A stretch of 64,000 bases of DNA, from assembly GCF_009914755.1 (NCBI RefSeq), contig NC_060926.1. One strand, 5' to 3'. Below are positions 30,530-41,657 of the stretch, one piece after another. The stretch comes from the human T2T-CHM13v2.0 reference genome, Homo sapiens. A model generated the notes under the pieces. It was not told where the DNA came from. It ran no database searches and saw only the letters and a program-made list of their open reading frames with translations. The number at the start of each line of letters is the position of its first letter. Positions within the stretch are counted from its first letter, which is position 1. The position numbers and the translations under genes were made by a program.

Positions 30530-30640
30530 ATGAGTGACCGAGGAGGTGGCGTTCCTTTGAGGAAAATTGACAGACTTTTCAACTACATGTATTCAACTGC
30601 ACCAAGACCTCGTGTTGAGACCTCCCGCGCAGTGCCTCTG
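30530..30640 (+). CDS. PDK1: PDK1 exon 9 ([37 protein letters not shown])
   Basis: cttag| acceptor, CTG|GTATGT donor; 111 nt; GHKL G1 box DxGxG. Confidence 0.97.
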
Positions 30641-31391
30641 GTATGTTATCAAGAAATAATGAAGTGTGTTTCTGTGAATTGCCTTCCACATGCTGTAGCT
30701 GCCAAATAAGTAAGTTAAGCCGTCATGTAGGGTACTCCACAAGGAAGAAAGAAGCTCTTAGAAATGCACACTTTCCCCTAAATTTAAACAGCCTTCAGAA
30801 TACTTTTTTTTTTTTCCAACTGAAATGGGCACGAGACAGAGATTTGGAGTTCTTGTTACAAAGTTTGATGGTGATATAGCAGTAGTTTTCCTGTGTAAAA
30901 CCACATTTTGAAATATGGTTAACCACATTATTTCTAATGTGGGGAATAAATTACTGGTTTTAGTAGTGTTTGGTCAACACTGAATTACTTTTTAGTGTTG
31001 ACTTTTTTCTCAAGTACTTGTCATTAGAATGATCTCATATCCTAGACTGAAAAATAAGACTAAAATTCTAATCTGTTCAATCACCAACCTGAAGGCTTAA
31101 ATTATAATTGCTTTGATGGTGTTTTGTTAATCTTAGTTCCACCTATTTTCAGGTTTAATAGGATCAACTTTTGAATTGACTCCATCCTTATCTTTATGTT
31201 CTAACTCCCCCACAAAAAGTATGTTGCCAAAATTTTGTCTGTAATTCTAGAAGAACTCTATTCTTCTAGGCTTGGAAACTTCTCTGACATTTCCAGTAGA
31301 GTTATGCTGTAACATGATGGGGGTATAGTACAAGATAGATCTATTTTAGACCCCTTCCTAGGAAGTTACTAGGACTTTATTCTGATAGTTT

Positions 31392-32292
31392 TGTGTCCGG
31401 AATTGGTGGGTTTTTGGTCTTGCTGACTTCAAGAATGAAGCTGCGGACCCTCGCAGTGTTACAGTTCTTAAAGATGGTGTATCCAGAGTTACTTCAGATG
31501 TTCAGATGTGTCTGGAGTTTCTTCCTCCCGGTGAGTTCCTGGTTTTGCTGGCTTCAGGAGTGAAGCTGCAGACCTTCACGGAGAGTGTTACAGCTCATAA
31601 AGGCAGGGCGTCTGGAGTTGTTTGTTCCTCTCAGTGGGTTCGTGGTCTTGCTGGCTTCAGGAGTGAAGCTGCAGACCTTTGTGGTGAGTGTTGCAGCTCA
31701 TAAAGGTGGCACGTCCAGAGTTGTTTGTTCTTCTGGGTGGGTTCGTGGTCTCGGTGGCTTCAGGAGTGAAGCTGCAGACCTTCGCGGTGAGTGTTACAGC
31801 TCATAAAGGTAGTGTGGACCCAAAGAGTGAGCAGCAGCAAGATTTATTGTGAAGAGCAAAAGAACAAAGCTTCTACAGCCTGGAAGGGTACCAGAGTGGC
31901 TTGCCGCTGCTGGCTGTGGGGGCCTGCTTTTATTCACTTATCTGGCCCCACCCACATCCTGCTGATTGGTCTATTTTATAGAGAGCTGATTGGTCCATTT
32001 TACAGAGAGCTGATTGGTGTGTTTTTACAGAGTGCTGATTGGTGTGTTTACAAACCTTTAGCTAGCTAGACACAGAGTGCTGATTGGTGCATTTACAATC
32101 CTTTAGCTAGATACAAAAGTTCTCCAAGTCCCCACCCGATTAGCTAGACGAAGAGCGCCAATTGGTGCATTTACAATCCTTTAGCTAGACACAGAGTGCT
32201 GATTGGTATGTTTACGATCCTTTAGCTAGACAGAAAAGTTCTCCAAGTCCCCACCCGACCCAGAAGCCCAGTCCAGCTGGTTTCACCTCTCA
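31392..32292 (-). mobile_element. Solo LTR12 (HERV9/ERV1)
   Basis: TG...CA termini (minus strand TGAGAGGTGAAACCAGCTGG ... AATTCCGGACACA); 4-bp TSD GTTT at 31388-31391 and 32293-32296; U5 tandem repeats and seven ATTGG/CCAAT boxes. Confidence 0.95.
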
Positions 32293-32544
32293 GTTTTGCC
32301 TGATGCATAGCACAAATGCTATGGCTGCAGCTGTACTATAGTTGAAATGCTTGCTCTAGTAATGTCCTTCTCCAATTCAGATACATGCCCTCCAGGAGTT
32401 GGCATCCATATGTCAAGGGGCAGACAGACAATGTCAAATGATAAACATGAGCATCTTTTTACAAGTCTAGTTTTATCCTAAAAAGTAGAGGGATAGAAGG
32501 GAGCTGCTGTTTTTGTAGTAAACGAATATTGTAGAATTTTTATG

Positions 32545-32770
32545 GAGAGCGGCATAGTGAGCTAGTCCAGACTCTGGATCTAAACTCTTTGGTTCTGTTT
32601 CTGATACTGCTGCATCTTAGATGTGCAGCCTTGGGAAAATTATTGACCTCTGGATGCCACAGATTCCCCACTTAGAAAAATGGAGTTATTGTGAGAATTA
32701 AGTGAGTTGATACATGTAAAAATGCTCTTTATGGTGCCTGGCTCATGGTAAATGCCATGTAAGTGTGTGT
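32545..32770 (+). mobile_element. MIR
   Basis: TGTGCAGCCTTGGGAAAATTATTGACCTCT...GTTATTGTGAGAATTAAGTGAG MIR-like. Confidence 0.65.
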
Positions 32771-33479
32771 TATTTTAGGATGTAAAATGTATGTGAATTT
32801 TTAAGAAAATAGGAGGCTTGACCTGGAACAGGCTCCTCCATACATCTACATGCCCTTAACAAGGCTAAGACTGTTACTAATTTCTTGCAGAGCCTCCTTT
32901 CTGCTGACATCGCTTTGTAGATGGTCCCAGTCAGCAGGCAGTAGGGTAGCTGGAGAAAGGCCAGCTGATGCCCACAGGAGTGGCTTTCTTGTCTACCTGG
33001 TTACGGAGGGCTTCCTCCCTGTGGATACCTTCTTGTGGGTCTTTGCATGGATAGGCTATCTTCACACTGTAAGTCCGGAGAGGAACATCCACACATCTCT
33101 GTTCCAGACCTCCTTCTCATCCTTCACTCAGTTTTGTTCTTTCCAAGTCCTTAACAAGCCAGCCACTTGTTTTGCCACTGCCCATGCTGGAAGGGTTTAC
33201 TTTCACTGCTGTCTTTCAGGCCTGCCCTCCAACCTTGAGAGGGATTGTAGTAGGAAAACGGCAGCTTACTTTCAGATGGTGATAGCACATGGGGTAGATC
33301 CACCAGTGGACTAGGCCCATGTTGTTTTTCTTCCCTGTTAACTGGTTATAGGGGAAGCCCTATGAGTCAGCCCATAAGTATGGTCAAGAGAGAGCACGTG
33401 GTAAAGTAGGTCAGGTATCATGGGAGCCTGAACCACCTGCTCATACAGTTTTCTTCGGGCCACTTCTAAGACCAGTTAA

Positions 33480-33905
33480 TGTATCGCTCAGAGTCACAAC
33501 AGGAAAGAGGTAGCTCACTCAAATTATGAAAGAAGGCCTTTTTACAAAGAAACTAATTACATAGGTGTAGGTAAAGATAGCACAGGAACCCAGGGCTAGC
33601 AGCAGCAAAGCTATCACCACCTTGGATCATGAGGGATGAGGAGAAGGCAAAGTTAGCAGAACCCAGAGGAAGGGAAAGCTGCAGAGTAGCTGCTTACTCT
33701 CCAGGGGCCCGGCCTGCCCAAGGCAACCTCAGGGAAGGAACCAGGGGAGTAAATACCCACCTTGACTTCCTCTGAACTCCTGCTGGGTTTTCCAAGACAT
33801 GCTGTAAGCAGAGGGCATGGGAATCCAGTGACAATCCAGGTTAGCCTCCCAGGGCAGGGAGGTGTGAAATGGAATAGTTGATTTGTACGGGCAAACAGAG
33901 ACTCT
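33480..33905. mobile_element. Old MaLR (MLT1-type) LTR, subfamily uncertain
   Basis: Degenerate similarity to MLT1 termini; by eye only. Confidence 0.35.
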
Positions 33906-34532
33906 GGGTAGAAAAGTCAAGTTATAGTTGGTGGAGTTAGGTAAAGCTGGAGCCTGGGTTTGTGAATAGCACTCTGATTCTTGAGTCCATACAAGCTCAT
34001 AGTTAGCATGCTATATGGAATGTCATCAAACATATGACTTGGTAATAAAAACCATTTTCCCATTTATCCAGATGTTTTGTTTTGTATTAAGGAATTGGTA
34101 GGATTTATCCAGATAAAGAGGCTATTCTGGATACTGGGACCAAAATGAACAGACACGGAATGATATGTTTAAGGAACTTAAGAGCAAGAGGTGTAGTTGT
34201 GCTGGACTGGAAAGTGGGAGGCAGAGACCTGATCTTACCAGGTCTAGAAAGCTCTTTTTAGAAGCTTAGGTTTTGATTTCTAAGACAGTGGGGTAGGGGT
34301 GGTGGGAGTGCTGGTATGTTTTGAAGATTTTTAAGTGGAAAAGTGACCCGTCAGTGAGAATTAAGAAAGTAGATCTATATTAGAGATATCTCCAGGCTCA
34401 GAATGTGGCTGGAAATTTATGATATTAAGTCATGAGATATATCTATTAGGCTGCAACAAGCCATTTTCTACTCTTGCTCCTAAAAGAGATAACACATTTT
34501 ATATGATATTGCCAAGAGCAGTATTGAGATAC

Positions 34533-35171
34533 CATATCCGGAATTGGTTTCTTCTGGTAGGTTCTTGGTCTTGCTGACTTTGAGAATGAAGCTGCGGACC
34601 CTCATGGTGAGTGTTACAGTTTTTAAAGATGGTGTGTCTGGAGTTTGTTCCTTCAGATGTTTAGATGTGTCCAGAGTTTCTTTCTTCGGTGGGTTTGTGG
34701 TCTTGCTTGACCTCAGGAGTGAAGCCACAGACCTTCGCAGTGAGTGTTACAGCTCTTAAAGGTGGCATGTCTGGAGTTGTTTGTTCCTCCTGGTGGGTTC
34801 ATGGTCTCGCTGACTTCAGGAGTGAAGCTGCAGACCTTCGTGGTGAGTGTTACGGCTCATAAAGATAGTGCAGACCCAAAGAGTGAGCAGCAGTAAGATT
34901 TATTGTGAAGAGTGAAAGAACAAAGTTTCCGCAGTGTGGAAGGGGACCCGAGCGGGTTGCCACTGCTGGCTGGGGTGGCCAGCTTTTATTCCCTTATTTG
35001 GCCCCACCCATGTCCTGCTGATTGGTCCATTTTACAGAGTGCTGATTGGTGTGTTTACAAACCTTTAGCTAGACACAGAGTGCTGATTGGTGCATTTACA
35101 ATCCTTTAGCTAGACAGAAAAGTTCTCCAAGTCCCCACCCGACCCAGAAGCCCAACTGGCTTCACCTCTCC
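34533..35171 (-). mobile_element. LTR12, the 3' LTR of a truncated HERV9 provirus
   Basis: Same architecture as the solo LTR; adjacent polypurine tract TCCCCCCTCT (~35173-35182) then internal sequence. Confidence 0.92.
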
Positions 35172-36843
35172 ATCCCCCCTCTAAACAGTATACCCCAACT
35201 GTTGTTGGGAATTGGGCGATGACCGCTGTAGCTACTTCTTGCTGGATAGGGGCAAAGAAGGGGCCCTGCAGTTGTAGTGTCCTCCAGAGGGGAACTCTTT
35301 AGGCCAGTGAAAGGGCCAGCGGGTCAGTCCAGGGGTCCTTGATAGAAGTTGTTAGTTGAGTTCATTTGGGATTCCATTTGTAAGACCATCTATAGCTTGA
35401 TGGCCTTGATTCTAGAGGAAACAAATTTGACAAGGAGGTTAAAAATACAGGGTCCGAAGGTGAGTAATAGCAAGATGGCTGTCACAGGACCTAGAAAGGG
35501 GAGAAGCCATGTTGCCCAACTCCAGAGGTTGGTATAAGAGTTTGAAAGGTGTTGTCTGATTTCGGAAGACTTTTCCTGTAAACGCCGGGCGGCATCTCAT
35601 ACTATCCCTGACTGGTTAGTGTAAAAACAACATTCTTCTCCTAAGAAGGTGCAGAGTCCTCCATTCTCAGCAGTGAGGAGGTTTAGGCCTTGGCGGTTTT
35701 GGAGAGTCACTGCTGCCAAAGAGTCTATTTGGGATTGTAGAGTAAGGATAGATTTCGTTATTTCTTGCAAACTGTCTAAGAAATCCTTTGAGAGTGTTTG
35801 GTAGTAGGATAATGAAGTAGATAAACTGGCTGTTCCGGTTCCTGTAGCAGTGGCCATTTCTAACTCTGTAAGTAGGGGTATTAGTTGTATGGCCCTGCGC
35901 TGATGGACTTGAGCTTTGAGGGGCACTGATAGGGTCTGATTTCCATAAGATTAGAAGTTAAGATAATAAATGTTACACTGTTAACTTTTAGCAAACTTTA
36001 CTTTTGTTGAAAACCTTGTAAGTTTGGAATTTCAATTATTCCTTGCTATTAATAAGACCTCGTTCAGTCCATATTAACTTAAAATTGGTATAGATGGCTC
36101 CTTCCTGATTCTGTAAGTACTTTAAGGTTTGGCTGAGTGCAAACAGCTCGTATATTTGAGCAGACCAATTATTAGGCAATTTTCCTAACTCTGCTTCTAC
36201 AATAGTTTCCTTATTACTTACTGAGTACCCATTGTGTCTTTTTCCCTTAATCGCCTGGGAGGAAACATCTATTGTCCTGTCCTGAAGGGAGTTCCTCCTG
36301 TGTCTGGTCGGACCTTCAGATTTAGATCCCCTGTTAGGAAACCTGCTGGGTTAAGGATTTTTGATAGGAAAGCTACGGGTTGTCAGTGGTCTCAGTGCTT
36401 CCGGGCTATGCCCTTGTTTACACTGACAACAAGGTGGTATTGGAGTGTTATAGGGTTACAGAGAAGACCTTCAATTATCAGTTATAGGTTTTAAATTTAC
36501 CCTGGCTTTTGAAGGAATAGGGTACACTGTTTTTTCTTTACTACTTCTATCTCTCTTTCTCTTTGACTTCTTTGCCTCTCTCTTTCTGACTCCTCTTTGT
36601 CTCTTCCTCTCTCTGACTTTTTGTGTCTCTCTTTCTCTCTCTCTCTGACTCCCTCTTTGTCCCTGTCTCTTCCTCTCTCTGTCTCTGACTTTGTCTCTTT
36701 CTTTCTTTCTCTCTGACTCCCTCTTTGTCTCTCTCTTCCTCTGTCTCTCTCTCTGACTTTCTGTCTCTTTCTCTCTTTCCTTTCTGCTGGTCTTTCCCTG
36801 CCTCTGCCAGCTGCTTATGCTGCTCTTCTCCCCTCTCCTGGAG
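35172..36843 (-). mobile_element. HERV9 internal remnant (env 3' part and GA-rich segment); gag/pol and 5' LTR absent
   Basis: env TM motifs at 35597-35926; CT-rich tract 36540-36800. Confidence 0.85.
35597..35926 (-). pseudogene. HERV9 env transmembrane-subunit fragment
   Basis: Degenerate furin site HQRR|AIQLIPLL, immunosuppressive domain LQNRQGLNLLTAENGGL, CX6CC (CTFLGEECC); premature stop after NQSGIV. Confidence 0.9.
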
Positions 36844-36890
36844 AAGTCCGCAGACCAAGAACCCACTGGAAGGAACCAATTCCAGACACA
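36844..36890 (+). mobile_element. Inverted LTR12 U5 terminal fragment
   Basis: GACCAAGAACCCACTGGAAGGAACCAATTCCAGACACA = LTR12 3' end on the + strand, followed by ATAC. Confidence 0.85.
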
Positions 36891-37186
36891 ATACGACCGA
36901 GCAGGCCAGCAAGGAAAAGCAATATGCTTTTTCGAGACCAACCACAAGTCATTTTATAGAAAGAATAAAGAGTTTTAAATGACCAGAGGGAAGTCAGCTG
37001 ATACAGTACTCAAGTAAACCTCAGCTTAATCATTGTCAATGCTTAAATATTAATTATATTAAATATAATGCATCTCTCAGATGCGGGCTCTGATAGCCCC
37101 GTGGTACTCAATGGCATCTATCTTAATTAGAAAAGTATTTCAGTGTGTGTCTTTCTGAATAGAATTTTGTTTTTCTCATCAAACAG

Positions 37187-37300
37187 GCTGGTTTTGGTTA
37201 TGGATTGCCCATATCACGTCTTTACGCACAATACTTCCAAGGAGACCTGAAGCTGTATTCCCTAGAGGGTTACGGGACAGATGCAGTTATCTACATTAAG
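37187..37300 (+). CDS. PDK1: PDK1 exon 10 ([38 protein letters not shown])
   Basis: aacag| acceptor, AAG|GTAATA donor; 114 nt; G2 box GFGYG. Confidence 0.98.
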
Positions 37301-38242
37301 GTAATAGCTGTAGTCTTCTTGATTTAATATTTCTTTTGATGATAAGAACAGATGTCCATACTTAACTGTAATGAAATTTAACTCTACCACATGCTGTTTA
37401 AATAGAAAAAAACTATGGTTTTTTGCTGGGGATCTCACCCATTTTGATAGATGATCCCCTAAAACTATGGGGAAAGAGATTTGTATCCTGGAGTGATTAG
37501 GACTCTGTCTATTAATAGGAAAAAAATTGGGTTAAAGTAGAGAATCATAAGTTATATATCATACAAGTTTAATTTTAACATAAAACACATGAATGGACAT
37601 TGATAACGCCAAACTTTTGATGTACTGCCAAGGCTTTTTTTTTGTATATGGGTCTGCAGATTGGAGTGTCACATTGTCTTTTTTGCAAAAGCTGTACTGA
37701 CAGTGCATCATTTTAGTTTCTTTAAACCAACAAGTGCATACTCTTTTTGGACTTTTATGCAGTCCTTTACAGATACCTCCTGACTGATTTGACAGCAAGT
37801 TTTATGTGACTTTCCTTCATGAGTCTTTCCAAAACATTCATCTTAGTTTTCAAGGAAACATTCCCCTTTTTATTCTTTGCTTATGTAATAAATTTTGTAA
37901 TTATCATGACAGAATTGTACAAACAGATTTGGGAACAAGCACAAGTGACTCTTGGTAAGCATATAGCTTACCTAATGGACACAGAAGCACTTAGTCTGCT
38001 TGCCTGGAGTGTTCAATGCATTAAGGAGGGTTCCACACATTTTACATGGTGGAAAAACACTAGGTTCCATCATTCCCCTTCTTCGGCTAACTGGTGGCTG
38101 TTTATGCCTGATTTAGTGACTCTAGTTTCTTGTTCTGGCCACTAGATGGCATCTATTTTATAGGAAATGTTGAAGAATTTATATTGGAAAAAATATCTGA
38201 AAAGACTAAATTCTTTCTAGATGGTATTTTTTGTTTTTTTAA

Positions 38243-38576
<334 letters not shown>

Positions 38577-38620
38577 TAGTGCAATGTTTTTATGACAAAA
38601 TGTAACATTTTGATCTAGCC

Positions 38621-38836
38621 CAGGAGTGTCCAATCTTATGGCTTCCCTGGGCCACAGTGGAAGAACAGCTGTCTTGTGCCACACATAAAATACACTAATG
38701 ATAGCTGATGAGCTTAAAAAAGATTGCACAAAAAAAAATCTCATAATGTTTTAAGAAAGTTTACAAATGTGTTGAGCTTCATTCAAAGCCATCCTGGGCC
38801 GCATGCAGCCTGTGGGCTGTGGATTGGACAAGCTTG
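38621..38836 (+). mobile_element. MER30 (hAT-Charlie MITE)
   Basis: CAGGAGTGTCCAATC ... GATTGGACAAGCTTG termini; perfect 8-bp TSD ATCTAGCC at 38613-38620 and 38837-38844. Confidence 0.92.
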
Positions 38837-39315
38837 ATCTAGCCTGTAGATCAAGAAATTCTGGAATATTTAGAGAAATATGGAGGTGAAAGGTTTTTTG
38901 TTCTACCTTAGGGAAAATAGAAGATAAGAAGTCTTAGAGAATCATTAAAATTGTCAACATCAAAGACTTTAGCATTATCAGAATGAGATTTTCTTGTTCA
39001 GGGTGTTCTGCATCTTAGGAAATGCCTTTGGCCTGGGATGGAAATACTACTGAAAAATCCTAACTTGAAGAAGATAACTAGAAATGTAGTTTATCTCAGG
39101 TTCCAGTGACTTATAGGAAGCTGAAATACAATGGAGAATTACTGGTAATAATATATGGAAAACTGAAATCATGCATGATGCAGAAATCTTGTGCACAGTG
39201 ACTGAAATTGGAGGCCGGAGAAGACACAGATTCAAACCCAGGGCCAATAAATGTTCACGAAAAAGCTAAGATGCCTTAGACATAGATTTCTATTTATTAA
39301 TAATGTTATAATGAG

Positions 39316-39620
39316 TTTTTAAATTTTTATGTATTTATAGAGTCAATATCTTGCTTTGTTGCCAGGCCGGAGTGCAGTGGTACAATCATAATTCACTACA
39401 GCCTTGAACCCCTGGGCTTCAAGTGATCCTCCTCTCTCAGTCTCCCAAGTAGTTAGGACTACACCCATGTGCCACCATGTCCAGCTGATATTTTTATTTT
39501 TTGTAGAGACAGGATCTTGCTATGTTGCCCAGGCTGGTCTCCAACTCCTGAGCTCAAGCAATCTTCCTGTGTAAGCCTCCCAAAGCACTGGGATTATAGG
39601 CATAAGCCACCGTGCCTGGC
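39316..39620 (-). mobile_element. AluJ
   Basis: Diverged Alu. Confidence 0.85.
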
Positions 39621-40080
39621 TTGTGATGAGTTTTTTTTAAAGCACAGTGACTATGCTGAAAAAAACACTATTTCTTCTAGTAAATAATTAAAATAGAGTT
39701 CATTAAATTTATGTGCATCTATTAAGATACATATATCGATTTGTATGCTTTTACATTTAACCAACTTCTTCAGTTAGCCAACTCTGATCTGGGTCATGTT
39801 TTGTGTAAAATTTCAGTCCAGCAGCTTCCAGGATGGCTGGGGAATTACTGTAAGCAACAAACTCAGTCAACCTGCACATCAGTCAGTGCCATAGATTTCA
39901 TAAATAACACGTTTCAAATATACATACCATTTAAAAGTATATTTAGGTGGTATAAGGATTAATAAGATACTAATAGAATATTATTTAATTTGTCGTAACC
40001 TTTTTGCCATTGTCTATTTTCTCAAATAATGAATTCTAAAAAATGCCAGACTTAATAGGTCTTAGGTTTTTCTTTTTCAG

Positions 40081-40221
40081 GCTCTGTCAACAGACTCAAT
40101 AGAAAGACTCCCAGTGTATAACAAAGCTGCCTGGAAGCATTACAACACCAACCACGAGGCTGATGACTGGTGCGTCCCCAGCAGAGAACCCAAAGACATG
40201 ACGACGTTCCGCAGTGCCTAG
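40081..40221 (+). CDS. PDK1: PDK1 exon 11 coding part ([15 protein letters not shown]...[20 protein letters not shown])
   Basis: tttttcag| acceptor; TAG at 40219-40221; C-terminal DW motif; exon lengths sum to 1311 nt = 436 aa + stop. Confidence 0.98.
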   Translation, partial: ALSTDSIERLPVYNKAAWKHYNTNHEADDWCVPSREPKDMTTFRSA

Positions 40222-40969
40222 ACACACTTGGGACATCGGAAAATCCAAATGTGGCTTTTGTATTAAATTTGGAAGGTATGGTGTTCAGAACTATATTATA
40301 CCAAGTACTTTATTTATCGTTTTCACAAAACTATTTGAGTAGAATAAATGGAAACTGAATTCCATTTGTGCCCGTTAAACCTCCTAAAGGATGAAATTGC
40401 ACCTATTTTACACTTATATTTTCACAGTTAATTGAACATATTTTTAAACAACTGTAGTTTTGGGCAACTTTTCACTTTGTGGTAGACTTCAGAAGTGTGG
40501 AAATCTTCGGGTTTCTATAGGAAACTAGTTTTTTTTTTTTAAGAAATACTTTCATTTATGTTTGCTAGAAACATTTTCTAAATGATAGTGATTAGCTGGT
40601 TAGCCATCTTCCTGTTATTTGGAGGAGTTCTGCCATCTTTTATTCGGTAGTGACAGCTGTAATATGGTCTTCATGTTTATCAGTGACTTGACTACAAGTA
40701 AAGCAGAAAACAGTTGGCCTGTAATCACAGAACCAGCCACCCTTCGGCGTCTACATGCATTGTCTTAGCTCTGAGGTTAATTTACCATTTTTAAATTTTA
40801 TTGTAAAGAAGTGTAATGACTAGCTCTCTGTGGATCTATGCCAAAATCATGGGCCATCTTTTCTAAGTGTACTTCTGATTAATGCAAGGGGAAATTTTTA
40901 TACTGAAAACAAACAAACAAACTAGCAGCTACTAAAATAGAGAAGAAATTGAGGGCAAAGTAATATGTC

Positions 40970-41148
40970 TCCAAAACTGAACTGATTGCTTGTTGAGATT
41001 ACCTAGAAAGCTTTTGGAAAAAAATAGAGCTTTTCTGCATCCTACTCCAGATACACTGAATCGGAATCCCTAGGGCTAGAGCCTAGAAATCTCACTTTTT
41101 AAAATGCTTCCAAGGTAAGTCTGATGCCTACCCTAGGTTGGGAACCAC
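40970..41148. mobile_element. MER5-type hAT element in the 3'UTR
   Basis: ACTGAATCGGAATCCCTAGGG...GGTAAGTCTGATG...GGTTGGGAACCACT resembles MER5A/B. Confidence 0.6.
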
Positions 41149-41348
41149 TCTTTCAAAGTAAACAGTGATGACACAGCATTTGCTAAAGTAACATCTGTAG
41201 GTTTTGGTTTCCACCTATTTAAAGTCAGATTTATAGACTCGAGGAGACAGAAACTGAATCCCACACCTGGTGCAATTAGAAGCATAATTAGAAGCAGAAG
41301 AACAAAATGCCACGTAACCAAAGCATCAGAGCCATCATTGCACGTGTC

Positions 41349-41657
41349 TTTTTTTCTTTTTTCTTTTTTTTTTTTCAAGACAGGGTCTCGCTCTTTTGCC
41401 CAGGATGGAGTACAGTGGCATGGTCAAGGCTCACTGCAGCTTCAATCTTCTGGGCTCAAGTAATCCTTCCACCTCAGCCTCCCATATAGCTGGAACTACA
41501 GTTGTGCACTACCACACCCAGCTAATTTTTTGATTTCTTGTGGAGATGAGGTCTCAGTATGTTCCCAGGCTAGTGTTGAACTCCTGAGCTCAAGAAATCC
41601 TCCTGCCTGAGTCTCTGAAAGTGCTGGGATTACAGGCGTGAGCCACCACACATGGCC
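41349..41657 (-). mobile_element. AluJ in the PDK1 3'UTR (antisense)
   Basis: Alu consensus; TSD-like ATTGCACGTGTCTT / ATTGCACAAGTCTT. Confidence 0.9.

Noticed and set aside
31506-32069. Regularly spaced ~72-bp repeats and ORFs (ASGVKLQTF), superficially CRISPR-like
   Set aside because: Normal LTR12 U5 tandem repeats with no unique spacers; eukaryotic DNA.
32850-33314. 154-aa ATG ORF in intron 9
   Set aside because: No recognisable domain or convincing splice context; likely chance.
35597-35926. Possible functional syncytin-like env gene
   Set aside because: Only 109 codons; no signal peptide, SU domain or membrane anchor; non-ATG start; no upstream LTR promoter.
36471-36982. Glu/Arg/Lys-rich 132-158-aa ORFs
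   Set aside because: Translation of the GA-rich low-complexity HERV9 segment.
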